Source: Trypanosoma brucei (lineage: Eukaryota). From it: a stretch of 64,000 nucleotides of DNA. The notes below the pieces were generated by a model that worked only from the letters and a program-made list of their open reading frames with translations, did no database searches and had not been told where the DNA came from. The translations under genes were made by a program, and so were the position numbers. Below, in pieces: positions 10,736 to 20,681 of the stretch (its first letter is position 1; each line of letters begins with the position of its first letter). The DNA lies in contig CH464491.1 in assembly GCA_000002445.1 (NCBI GenBank), forward strand, positions 4,224,001 through 4,288,000, written 5' to 3'.

Positions 10736-11020
10736 GAAGAAAAAAATTGAACAAGAATCTCCTAAGAAGTACAACAACTAAAAAGAAACCAAACACTCTT
10801 ACAGTTTCCTAAATAAACAATAAAAGGGAGAACGGGTGACATAAAGAGCTCACAGAATGCACATAACAACAACCTACGAAACTCGCCGGTATTATTAAGA
10901 ATCAACAGTGGAAATGCGCCGTACCATACTCTTACAAAGTAAACCCTCCGATTCCCACCACCCCACCCTCAAGGCGGAAGTAAGCACATCCTTATCGCTG
11001 CTTCTGTGGGGTTTTGCTCA

Positions 11021-13942
11021 TTAACACAGTGCGGGGATATTCTCAAATAACCTCAACAGCCACTCAGTATCCACCGCCTTGTCCTTAAATAATGGGTCCG
11101 TTTCATACGTGGTGGGCAAGTTCTCCTTGACCATATCCTCGATCTTCTTCACATTAGGAACTCCGGTGACAGTCGACGATCCTCCAACGCCTCGAAGTGC
11201 GAGCGTAAGGTCTTTCAAGAGTACACTCCGCGTGACGAGCCCCCGCCTATTCGGGGGGCGGCTAACCTTCTTCGATCGCATGTCCAAATTTGTATGGGCT
11301 CCCTGCTTGCCATCCGCCTTTTCACCACTCAGACGAGATGTACGATCATTCATTCTACACGGCATCCATGACGTGTCATCGGGCATGGCTTCAACTACAC
11401 CCTGAAGCGGAAAGTTTACAAATTTCTTTTCGGTGCCACCACCCGGAGTGGTGGGTCCGTGAAAAGCACTACTTTCCTCTAAACCCGCCCACTCAGAGGT
11501 AAATAAGCAGTTGTCGTAGGTTTGGAGCGGCACCGTTGCTCCGTGAATTCGTGTGCTGACCAGATCCAGTGGCAGCTTGAAGTACGATGCAAGACTATTA
11601 GCCTCCTCATCCACAACGAAGAAGGTATTGCGGATGCTTTCTATCTGTGTGAGTAGTGTATCCATGGCCTGTGACGAAACCGAGACGAAATCGCCAGATG
11701 CGGGCGAAGAATAAACGGCAGCAAGTGCAAGTCTCAAATCTTCCAAAATGCCCAAAACTTGTGAGACCACAGAAGCGTCGCTATGGCAGATATCTGTGCA
11801 GCTAGAAGTGAAGTATTCATCCACACCACAATCGGCCAAATCCCAACCTTTATCTTTAGCTGAGCTCACGAACATCTTAAGGTGATCTTTCCACCTTTCA
11901 AGGATCACAAGCGCCTGTACGAGGGCGCCATTTCGGATGAGCTCCAGTCTAATCCAGTGGTGGCAAAACGTATTAAACGCCCGTTGGCAACGACGTGGGG
12001 TGAAGTCCTTGCTTTCCCTTACAGCGCGACGCACAACCCCCATAATGAGAGAAAGAAAATCCACACGATGCATTGTGAACCGCGCGACAAGTCGTATGAA
12101 CTGTGTATTAGTTACTTCTCGGTTTATACTACCCCACCGCATCCAGTTTACGGAGAGAAGTGTTACTTTTTCGAGAGCCGACACAACAGCATCAGTGCCC
12201 GCAAGCGACTCACCTTTCACATAATCCACGACCATGTTTCGTTGTTGCATCAGAAGCTCTTTCATTTTGCGGTGGGCACACTCCGGGTCACCAAGGTTGT
12301 TCAGCATATAATCACAGTACGCCACGCGCATGTAGAAGTTCCCGGGTAGTAGGTAAGAGACCCTCTCCAGAGCATCTCGCACCATCACTCGCCGTTCTCT
12401 CTCGGATAGAAGCGGTTGCTTCTCCAGGCAGAAATCCGCGTAATTACACCAGCATAACGGCTCATGAGGGAATATACTAGTCCGCATCAATAGAAAAAAG
12501 CGAACCCGTTCGTAGCCGAAAAGTTCGATGCCTGCGTAAGCAGAAGTGCTGCTCTCACGCTCGATGATGGTAGACCATACTAACCACGCCTCCACCTCGG
12601 ATCGATGCATGTGTTCCTCCTTTTCATCCCTCACGTCGAAAGCGCCGTCCACATGCAGCCGAACGGGTCGTGGGAGGTACAATGCCTTTGGCAAGAGATT
12701 ACGAGTCGAGCTGCTTTGAGACGAAAAACCACCAACCGATCCCATCAACTTGTTGAGCTCCGCCACGGCAGCTCTCGCCCTCACAAACCTCTCTTCCACT
12801 CGTCCTTCAGGTGGAGGTCTGCCCCGGTATTCCGTCTTCACGAAGTAGTCATAGTCTTCCTTAACCTCCTGAAGTTCCTGCAGGGGCGTGCGAAGCATCC
12901 TGATGTACAGCTTCCTCACCCACTCACGCCGTTGGTACATGTCAAGTATCTTGTCGCCTTTCCAGCGCAGAAATTTCTTCCATATATCTGTACTCGCTGG
13001 ACAATGCCCAACGTCCCGTTGCAACGCGGTGGTGAACACATTTTCCATCCCTGAGTCGTCCGGTTTTATGTAAACCTCCAGGAAATCAACAAACAGACGG
13101 TACAGCTCAACACTAAAGCAAAGTGGAAGGTGACGGAAGAAACAGTTCAACACTCGACAGTACGAACGATAGGTTTCCTTTGCGTCGTCTTCGTGCCGCT
13201 CATCCCACAAGTACCGGCCCTTTGCAACCTCATTGATTTCCTTACGTAAATAATACGTGACGAGGGGTCCACTCGTCGGAAAGAAAAAGGTGGCTGCATG
13301 CCAAACGTGCCGGACCGCGTTGATAGGATACTCATCCAAGGAATTTAGCAGTGATATCCAGGATGAAACACTGTAAACATTTTTATTTACCTCAATGAGG
13401 TCCGTTATCATCGATGGCGTGGGGTTTGGAAGTTGCACCTCCGCCCGCTTGTATTTTGATTCATCCAGAGTTAGCAGCGGTCCCGTCACAAGGGGAAACA
13501 ACACATTCCACGGTGAGAGGTCTCCAACACTATACTGCGAAAATTCCGGTAATGCTTCGATTCCTAAATCATCCAGCATCCGCTGGCGGGCCTCGCCAAA
13601 CGCTTGTTCCACGTCACTGTACACCGCAGAGAGCCGTTCCATCTCCAGTGTCTCTGACGTCTCATTCATCCATACCAACATTCGACCCACATCGTCCGCC
13701 ACCGTGTTCTCCACCTGAAGAGTGTGTTGCAGCTGATCCATCAGCTGCCTCTTCAACTCATCGCGCGTTTTATGGATGGCAACTAAGGCGGGGTGGCGAC
13801 AAAGAACCTGGCGGATGACAAGTAAGCACTTCTCATCTATGCGGGTGGAAGTCACCTCCTGCACGGGGGCCGCTGCCACCTTCCCTGTGGCGAACCGCAA
13901 GCGGTCCATCATGTCCCGAAGGCTACTCTGCTCATCCTCCAT
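11021..13942 (-). CDS. Conserved hypothetical protein, 973 aa, alpha-helical repeat (TPR/HAT-like) architecture
   Basis: A 2.9-kb uninterrupted ORF in line with neighbouring genes. Sequence is helix-rich with W/Y/F-punctuated repeats (e.g. CWCNYADFCLEKQ ... FYMRVAYCDYMLNNLGD). No catalytic motif recognised. Confidence 0.5.
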   Translation of the reverse strand: MEDEQSSLRDMMDRLRFATGKVAAAPVQEVTSTRIDEKCLLVIRQVLCRHPALVAIHKTRDELKRQLMDQLQHTLQVENTVADDVGRMLVWMNETSETLEMERLSAVYSDVEQAFGEARQRMLDDLGIEALPEFSQYSVGDLSPWNVLFPLVTGPLLTLDESKYKRAEVQLPNPTPSMITDLIEVNKNVYSVSSWISLLNSLDEYPINAVRHVWHAATFFFPTSGPLVTYYLRKEINEVAKGRYLWDERHEDDAKETYRSYCRVLNCFFRHLPLCFSVELYRLFVDFLEVYIKPDDSGMENVFTTALQRDVGHCPASTDIWKKFLRWKGDKILDMYQRREWVRKLYIRMLRTPLQELQEVKEDYDYFVKTEYRGRPPPEGRVEERFVRARAAVAELNKLMGSVGGFSSQSSSTRNLLPKALYLPRPVRLHVDGAFDVRDEKEEHMHRSEVEAWLVWSTIIERESSTSAYAGIELFGYERVRFFLLMRTSIFPHEPLCWCNYADFCLEKQPLLSERERRVMVRDALERVSYLLPGNFYMRVAYCDYMLNNLGDPECAHRKMKELLMQQRNMVVDYVKGESLAGTDAVVSALEKVTLLSVNWMRWGSINREVTNTQFIRLVARFTMHRVDFLSLIMGVVRRAVRESKDFTPRRCQRAFNTFCHHWIRLELIRNGALVQALVILERWKDHLKMFVSSAKDKGWDLADCGVDEYFTSSCTDICHSDASVVSQVLGILEDLRLALAAVYSSPASGDFVSVSSQAMDTLLTQIESIRNTFFVVDEEANSLASYFKLPLDLVSTRIHGATVPLQTYDNCLFTSEWAGLEESSAFHGPTTPGGGTEKKFVNFPLQGVVEAMPDDTSWMPCRMNDRTSRLSGEKADGKQGAHTNLDMRSKKVSRPPNRRGLVTRSVLLKDLTLALRGVGGSSTVTGVPNVKKIEDMVKENLPTTYETDPLFKDKAVDTEWLLRLFENIPALC

Positions 13943-14160
13943 ATTGATTCCCTGTTATGGATGCTCCGTGAGAAGGTCACGCGACAGGAAATACCAATTA
14001 TGTTATGTACCACAGCTCTAGTATAATCCAATTATCACACACGAACGCCAATGCAATGGGGAGTGGCCAACCATGAGTACGGACCACAGGGCGGTTCCCA
14101 GTTGACAAGCGGCATGGTGAAAAGAAGCGTGGAAAAGAGTTAAGGGGGGATGAATGTTGG

Positions 14161-14184
14161 TGTGTGTGTGTGTGTGTGGGGGGT
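14161..14184. repeat. (TG)9 followed by G6
   Basis: tgtgtgtgtgtgtgtgtg gggggt read directly in the spacer upstream of the 973-aa gene. Confidence 0.9.
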
Positions 14185-14529
14185 GGCACCATCCAACAAA
14201 AAAGGATGTACATGAAGGCACGAAGAACCATAAGAGTTTACACGGAACCATGTGCGCCTCCGTACCAGTAACAACAACGTACGGTAACTAACATGATAAG
14301 TCCCATCATCCCATTGAGACAAGTGACACAAAAGGGCGGGGAAAAAACAGAAACGATGGGGCAAGAGTAACATCACCCTACTCCCCCCGCGAAAGAAAAG
14401 GGTCAGATGAAGCAATAAAAACAGGGATAGAAGAGAATGTGAAGGAGCAAAGAAAAGTTATCTTTTTTTTTTGCGTTGGTTAGTTGTCTCTGTGCGTCCC
14501 ACTTCCGGCAGGTAGCTCAACCCAAACAA

Positions 14530-17500
14530 CTACGTGGGTCTGTCGATGAATGCAACACCTACAATGCTTTCGCTTTCCGCAGTTTCAACCAGGCGACGCA
14601 GGATGTGGTTTCTCACATAGCACAGTTTTGCACAGCACTCGAAACCCACATCGACACAGCCCTTCCACATATTAGCAGTTGCTTCACGCACCATTAAAAC
14701 TGCACTGGCCCCCGGTTTCGCTGCAGCGGGAGCAGCCACTTCTTGAGGTGCTGATACCACTCTGCTGTTCTCACCGTCGTTACGTACGCGCACTTGCTGT
14801 ACTCTCCCAAAAAAAGCGAACACGGCGGGTGATAGTCTTGTCCAGCATCTCAACAGCAGCCTAAAGATTAAACACAACGTGGCAATATCGAAGCGCATGA
14901 AGAAAGCACCAAAAGAGTCGACTTGCCGTACGTGCGGCCAAGCCATTACCGCCAGCGCAAATGGGAAAACTATAAATGTTGTTGTCGTCATAAAAATAGG
15001 CATCACTGCGAAAGCTAACGCTTCAAATAGTGGCATGTGGTGACAACCACAGGAAAAGTAAAGCCTCACAGGCCCCAGGTCACTTTTCAGCTTATCAGTG
15101 AGGATTATGAGTGTACCTGTTGCCACCACGCCCACAACCCATAGAAAACCACACACAAAACCCGACGCGACAACACAGGACGGGGAAAGAAAAAGCGCCA
15201 AAACGGAGGAGACGACACAAGCACCAACCATGAAGGGAAGAGCCAGCAGCAACAACGCAGCAACCAATAGTAAAGTAAGAAGGCGCCCCATGCCAGGAAA
15301 TTTTAGGCACCTAAAGAGTATCATCATCTGCTCTTCCGTCAGTGTACATGCTTGTTCTTCCCGTCGGATGAGTGGTGTAATTTCTATTGCTACTCGTTGG
15401 ATGACCTCAGCGTCGTCGGCTGTGGCGTTCCGCTGCAATTCGTCGAGAGCAACCATGATTCTGCTACAACACAAATGGGTGTACCAAGTAGGCATACCCG
15501 TAATGAGAGTTAATTCTCGCTGAGCAACATTTACCCCATCCACGTACTGTGGGCCTGCCCAAATACCGAAAGATGAACTAAATAGCCAACGACACTTCCA
15601 CTCAGTAAACTGACGAACCCCCTTAAAGGGAAGCTCCACAATGCTCAGCATCCGACTCCATGCCTCGTTGTCATTTATCATGTAAACGGTTATTATACAC
15701 CGACACCCATAAAAGAAGGTATCGACAAAGCATGAGCTGCGGACCACCAGGCAGTCAAATAGAGCAAGGCATATCCCTATCCAAATGCAAGAACATATGG
15801 AACTGCATGCAACAAAAGCCGTGCAGCGCAGAGCCTTTGAGAGAAATCCTGTGATCGAGATACCATCCCCCAACGCCAGGCCCCTGACATCGAATAGCTC
15901 CCCCATCTTGTCACCCAAACGACTATCCACGTACCACGCGATATTAAGCGAAACGTCTACCAGCATAAACACACCTTTTGCCCACCTAAATGATGATAAC
16001 AAGTTGCGGGTTACCAGCAACACCAGCGGCTTGTCGTTCCGGGAGAAGAATTGATATGCACCGAAAGCGTATGGAAGAAACCCTCCGCAAATAACCGCCA
16101 CAATGAAATTTATTTCTGCACACACTCGAAGAAGGGCCCACAAATCAAGAAGTGCACAAAGCTGACGCAACCCAGTGACAGATGCAACCTTATGTAGCAT
16201 AGTCCAACGAAACCACCTTCCTGGAAGACGCGTAGCAAACCCTACGATAAAGAAAAACTGAGAAATTACGACAGCCAAGATGACATCACTTGCCGGCCAC
16301 ATCGAAGGCATATCCACCACGGAAACAATAACCGAAAGTGCGAAGAGAAAAAATAATACTGGGTCCTCAGCTTCCTCTCCATCCAGTGTCACACCTTGAT
16401 CGACCGTTGCATTGATTCCACTTCGAAGCACCCGCGCTGCCCCGAAATCAAAACACACTTCCCTCCGCTCTGATCCCAACACAGTCTTCAACGACTTCAG
16501 TACAAGGAGGGTTGTTGGGCGCTCATCCTCATGCCTAACAGATACGGGAGTCGTTATTACCTGCCACGCCCTCTTTTTATCCTCCGCAATACCAACGTTC
16601 CGGTCGTCATCAAAGAAGTCCATAGACAAAAAAAGAACCAAAAGCGTTGTTGTTCGAATGAAGAAGGTGGGTAGCACCAGAGCAGCCATGATGCACCGAA
16701 GCAGCGACAATGCTTCAAGTACGAAAGTTCGGAGAGGCACACAGCGAACCCCCTTCATGACAAAGACAACTATCCAAATAACAAATGTCAGTCTGGCAAA
16801 GTATAAAGGGGCATGCAGTAGGTCTGAAGAACCCAGTGCTTCAATGAGTGGCTTGACCATCGCACCCCGCATACGGGCCACATTCTCCGATGGGGACAAC
16901 GTTGCCAATAAGGTATCCGCAACTTCCCAAGCACGGGAATTACCGTCAACGGCTACCCAAAGCTCCCACATCTTAATGCGCACCACCTCTGGTGCTAGTA
17001 CGCACAATACGGTACAGAAAACGTTAAGAAAGAAGAAGGGGAGAACGAGGTGTAGCAACTCCTCCTTCAATTTTCCTCGGAGCGTTTTCGACTTGCCAGC
17101 ATCACTATGTGCAGCTTCAATAGCCTGTAAAACAACCCCATCGTCCCTGGGATGCACGGCCACCTCCACAATGAGACCCGATGTTGCACTAACCATCGGC
17201 TCCCCTTCGACATCACCTCCCTCTCCAGACGCATCATATTCGCCCTCTTTCCCCTCTTCGACGGCGTCGGTGCGCCAGTTTTGCAATTGATTTACCGCAC
17301 GGCCTTCGAGGACAGGCCTCCCCTGCTCGTCCGCGTTGGGTGCTTCCCTAACAAAGGGTTCGATACCGGGCCAGTGTTCCCGTACAAGTTTAAGTAACAT
17401 TGAAGCTGCAGTAAGTTTTGTAAGGACCCACACTGTATATGACAGAGCTTCTGTAGGTCCCCATTCACTCAACGTGTGGGTGTGTGTTAACGTTACTTTG

Positions 17501-17880
17501 ACAGGTGAATATATACTTCCAGCACCCTTTAGGGACCCCTCCAACACGAAAGTTAGCCACGAAAAGATGGGCACCAACAAAGAAATGGAAAGTATTCTAG
17601 CGTTTTCTCGAATCCAAACTCTTGAGAAAATCCATATAAGCGTTACCCAGCGATAATTAGTCGCACTGATGGAGTAACTTGAGAGCTTTGCGACCCTACA
17701 CGGTGTTCCGCACACTTCACAGATCAGCGACTTGCGGTGGCGCACCCATCGTGCAAGACACTTCGAATGCACATATTTGATGGACCCATCGCAGCAACAC
17801 GGACTAACACATTTCCCGGCGCTGCTGTGGCACATCCGGCAGCTGCGTTCTTCTCGTGATGACATGTGCTTAATGAGCAA
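14530..17880 (-). CDS. Doa10/TEB4/MARCH6-type ER membrane E3 ubiquitin ligase (N-terminal RING-CH finger plus ~14 TM segments), 1116 aa
   Basis: N-terminus carries a C4HC3 RING-CH: CRMC ... CCC ... YVHSKC ... CEVC. It is followed by many hydrophobic helices across a ~1100-aa protein. This is the characteristic Doa10/MARCH6 size and topology. Confidence 0.6.
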   Translation of the reverse strand: MLIKHMSSREERSCRMCHSSAGKCVSPCCCDGSIKYVHSKCLARWVRHRKSLICEVCGTPCRVAKLSSYSISATNYRWVTLIWIFSRVWIRENARILSISLLVPIFSWLTFVLEGSLKGAGSIYSPVKVTLTHTHTLSEWGPTEALSYTVWVLTKLTAASMLLKLVREHWPGIEPFVREAPNADEQGRPVLEGRAVNQLQNWRTDAVEEGKEGEYDASGEGGDVEGEPMVSATSGLIVEVAVHPRDDGVVLQAIEAAHSDAGKSKTLRGKLKEELLHLVLPFFFLNVFCTVLCVLAPEVVRIKMWELWVAVDGNSRAWEVADTLLATLSPSENVARMRGAMVKPLIEALGSSDLLHAPLYFARLTFVIWIVVFVMKGVRCVPLRTFVLEALSLLRCIMAALVLPTFFIRTTTLLVLFLSMDFFDDDRNVGIAEDKKRAWQVITTPVSVRHEDERPTTLLVLKSLKTVLGSERREVCFDFGAARVLRSGINATVDQGVTLDGEEAEDPVLFFLFALSVIVSVVDMPSMWPASDVILAVVISQFFFIVGFATRLPGRWFRWTMLHKVASVTGLRQLCALLDLWALLRVCAEINFIVAVICGGFLPYAFGAYQFFSRNDKPLVLLVTRNLLSSFRWAKGVFMLVDVSLNIAWYVDSRLGDKMGELFDVRGLALGDGISITGFLSKALRCTAFVACSSICSCIWIGICLALFDCLVVRSSCFVDTFFYGCRCIITVYMINDNEAWSRMLSIVELPFKGVRQFTEWKCRWLFSSSFGIWAGPQYVDGVNVAQRELTLITGMPTWYTHLCCSRIMVALDELQRNATADDAEVIQRVAIEITPLIRREEQACTLTEEQMMILFRCLKFPGMGRLLTLLLVAALLLLALPFMVGACVVSSVLALFLSPSCVVASGFVCGFLWVVGVVATGTLIILTDKLKSDLGPVRLYFSCGCHHMPLFEALAFAVMPIFMTTTTFIVFPFALAVMAWPHVRQVDSFGAFFMRFDIATLCLIFRLLLRCWTRLSPAVFAFFGRVQQVRVRNDGENSRVVSAPQEVAAPAAAKPGASAVLMVREATANMWKGCVDVGFECCAKLCYVRNHILRRLVETAESESIVGVAFIDRPT

Positions 17881-18154
17881 GAATTAGGCGTGTGACCCCT
17901 GCCTTTCGTTTTGTTGTTCTTAACTGCCTTCTCAACCCTTCTGCGTGGCAAGAAAAAAAGGGAGAGAAAAGGATGGACCATAAGGAACAAACAACGGAAC
18001 GACCCCGTAATGATTGCCAAAGGGAGAGAAGGATGGATCCACACACACAAAAAAACCTTCTCGTTTAGCAAGCACCTAGTCGTCTGTGCAGTAGCGCTGG
18101 TGCTGCGTGCGGTATAGCGATGGAAAACGATGGCGCAGAAGCAGCCATTAGAAG

Positions 18155-19975
18155 CTAATTTTCCTCCGATTTGACAGCGGCTTCTTCCAGTCCTTGGAAG
18201 CGCGGGAAGGTCTGAATGCCCAGCTCATCAGCAGCTAATGAAAGACGCTTATCCATCGTGCAAAGCAGCAACTGATCACATGCGATCCCGCGCACGTCGC
18301 GGTGATGGCGGCGCACATGGTACTTAATGAAAGCGAAGAGCATCGTTCCGTCGGATATCTGCTCTATACCCTGAAGTAACGCAGCGCTACGCTGTCGAAA
18401 GGCGTACTGAAGCGCAACACAAGTATTGAGAATGCGTAAGTCGGGATCATTCTCACTTGCCATCTCATTGAGACGTGAATATGCCATACATGAGATGACG
18501 GAAAGCGAAATGCAGGGGAATTCTGATGACAGAGCCAAGACTTCCACCGAAGGGTCCCTGAGAATAGCAGTCACACGACTCCACAGCAGCGTGCGCATTG
18601 CCCGCTTCAGCGGCGCAGCGGAGTTCCATACTAGTTGGTGGGCCTCACGTACAGTTGTAAAAGGAATGATAACGCGACGCAGAGACTTGCCTTCGAGGTG
18701 AGGATATTGCTTTCTTATGTGGACGTAAAAGTGGCTGAGCGCCAGGTTCTTGGACGCGCAGTGAATGAGAAAATTGGTGTCGAACACCAGCAGCACATCA
18801 CCTCGCTTAAATGCCTCATCCGCAAGCTCAGACACGGGACGCCCGTGGAGGTCATTCAATGACATTACCTTCGCGCAGATGTTGCTAAGTGAGTTCAGGA
18901 GTGGACGGTACTTCCGGTGTACCTCACTAGTTGATAGCAACCGAAATGTCTTGTCGCTTCTGGGAGGTGGACCAAAAGAATCATCTCGGGGGTGCATTCG
19001 ATACGTGATGTCATTAATAACATCGTGAAGAGTAAAGTTGTGGTATGGGTCGGAAGAGTAAAGACAGTCCACTAGACTTGTGTAAGTTGCCGTGATCCTT
19101 TGGTCGGGCTCTCTAGAAGAGGAAAATAACCCCAAATCCGCAGCTGCGTCCAACGCCGCTATCCACTGACCGGATTTTTGCAAGGGCTTCACTAGGGAGC
19201 CGAAAAGGGAAACATTTACCTGATGCCCCTCCGCCAAAGAGGAGGCTACAAGTCGCAGCATTTTGTCATATTTCCCCGCTACACCCAGAGCTCGAACAAT
19301 CGGTTTAATGTTTGAGGGAGCCATCGACATCAACGGCTGTTGGTGCAACACTTTAATGGCTTCACCCCAGCGGCCGTTAGACGACAATATGTTTATGAGA
19401 CTGCGCGTGTCGGTTATGCTCTGGCGCATCCCCGGATGTTTCTTGTAAAGATGTATGGCATGCTCCCACATGCCTGTGAAGGAAGCATACACCAAAGCTG
19501 ACCTGGTTCCCTGATAAGTTGTGGCGTCTACATCCTCCTCCATTATCCGCTTGATGGCGTAGAAATTACTATAGCGTTTAAATCTTTCCAGTGCTGTACC
19601 GACAAGGCGCGTGTGCGGACGTACCTGCCCACATATTCCCTTTATTATTCCGTAGTAAAACAATGATGCACTCCAAGAATTCTCCATTTTCAAAAGCCCT
19701 TGGTTTAGCTCCTCAGTTGTAGGCTGGTACACCCCCGAAAGCAGTTCTGTAACACTTTTATACACAGAGAGCACATCCACCCAAGTCCCGCAACCTGAAG
19801 AAGCCACGAGAAGCGGAAGGGCTCTCGTCGGCGGCGGAACCCGCTGCATAAACAAAAGGCCACACCCTGTCCCACCTTGCACTATTTCTACTTCCTCACT
19901 TTTCCCTCTATGTGAGGGGGATTTAATACGTTGAGGGTGGGGCGAGGTGGCTGCAGTAAACGATGGCAGTCGCAT
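18155..19975 (-). CDS. PPR-like helical repeat protein with C-terminal PIN/NYN-like nuclease domain (PRORP-like architecture), 606 aa
   Basis: The middle region has ~35-aa degenerate helical-hairpin repeats (e.g. LINILSSNGRWGEAIKVLHQQPLM, PIVRALGVAGKYDKMLRLV). The C-terminal region starts VLLVFDTNFLIHCASK, a PIN/NYN-like acidic entry strand, followed by further conserved acidic positions and Cys/His residues. I infer the architecture from motifs; it is not verified. Confidence 0.4.
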   Translation of the reverse strand: MRLPSFTAATSPHPQRIKSPSHRGKSEEVEIVQGGTGCGLLFMQRVPPPTRALPLLVASSGCGTWVDVLSVYKSVTELLSGVYQPTTEELNQGLLKMENSWSASLFYYGIIKGICGQVRPHTRLVGTALERFKRYSNFYAIKRIMEEDVDATTYQGTRSALVYASFTGMWEHAIHLYKKHPGMRQSITDTRSLINILSSNGRWGEAIKVLHQQPLMSMAPSNIKPIVRALGVAGKYDKMLRLVASSLAEGHQVNVSLFGSLVKPLQKSGQWIAALDAAADLGLFSSSREPDQRITATYTSLVDCLYSSDPYHNFTLHDVINDITYRMHPRDDSFGPPPRSDKTFRLLSTSEVHRKYRPLLNSLSNICAKVMSLNDLHGRPVSELADEAFKRGDVLLVFDTNFLIHCASKNLALSHFYVHIRKQYPHLEGKSLRRVIIPFTTVREAHQLVWNSAAPLKRAMRTLLWSRVTAILRDPSVEVLALSSEFPCISLSVISCMAYSRLNEMASENDPDLRILNTCVALQYAFRQRSAALLQGIEQISDGTMLFAFIKYHVRRHHRDVRGIACDQLLLCTMDKRLSLAADELGIQTFPRFQGLEEAAVKSEEN

Positions 19976-20681
19976 TCATAATTGCAGGTTCGCCGCGGGG
20001 GCAGGAAAGAGGAAGAGCAATAATGATAAGAACAGCGTAGAATACAATGTAGGCAAAGAAAGGTATCATATAAACCAATCAAGTCGAACAAAGCGACGGA
20101 TTATTAGGAACATGCGGTTCTTAACAACTAACATACACCAATAGCTCCCCTATATCTGTATTACCTCTTTAATGAAGTTACTTGACATCGTACACTGCGA
20201 CGGGGTTTCCCCCAATTTACAAGTTACAGTGAGGAATTAAGAGCAAAAAAAATAATTAAAAAAATCGGGTTAGTTTCTCCCCTTCTTTCCATAAATCAGT
20301 TCAAGATATAAAACAAATATACCCACTCCACATTACAGCATATAAAGGGAATAAAGGCAAAACAAAGCAAAGGATTTAATTACACACCCTTTCCCCCCTC
20401 TCGTAAGGGTTGCTGTACATTTGGATAGGCGCAAAAGTCCCTTGCACAAAGGCAAAAAGAGCATCACCAAAACACAGAAAGAAGGAAACAAATAGGAAAA
20501 CACAAAAGTAAGAAAAGTAGCTATAAAGAAGGAAGTAACAGCGGGAGTGATGTGGATAATGAAGTTTAAGTCTGTACAGTCAAAGACAACGATGCTTGAA
20601 AAGGTGAGGAGGTGGGAAATAGTCATAGAAATTTTAAAATATTTTTTAAAAATAGTAATTTTTACTTCCCCTTGTAGGGAG

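Noticed and set aside
16412-17290. 292-aa plus-strand ORF (S/T/R-rich) inside the Doa10-like gene
   Set aside because: It lies entirely antisense within a long, motif-bearing minus-strand gene. Its low-complexity composition is typical of an antisense shadow ORF. The same applies to 15098..15523.
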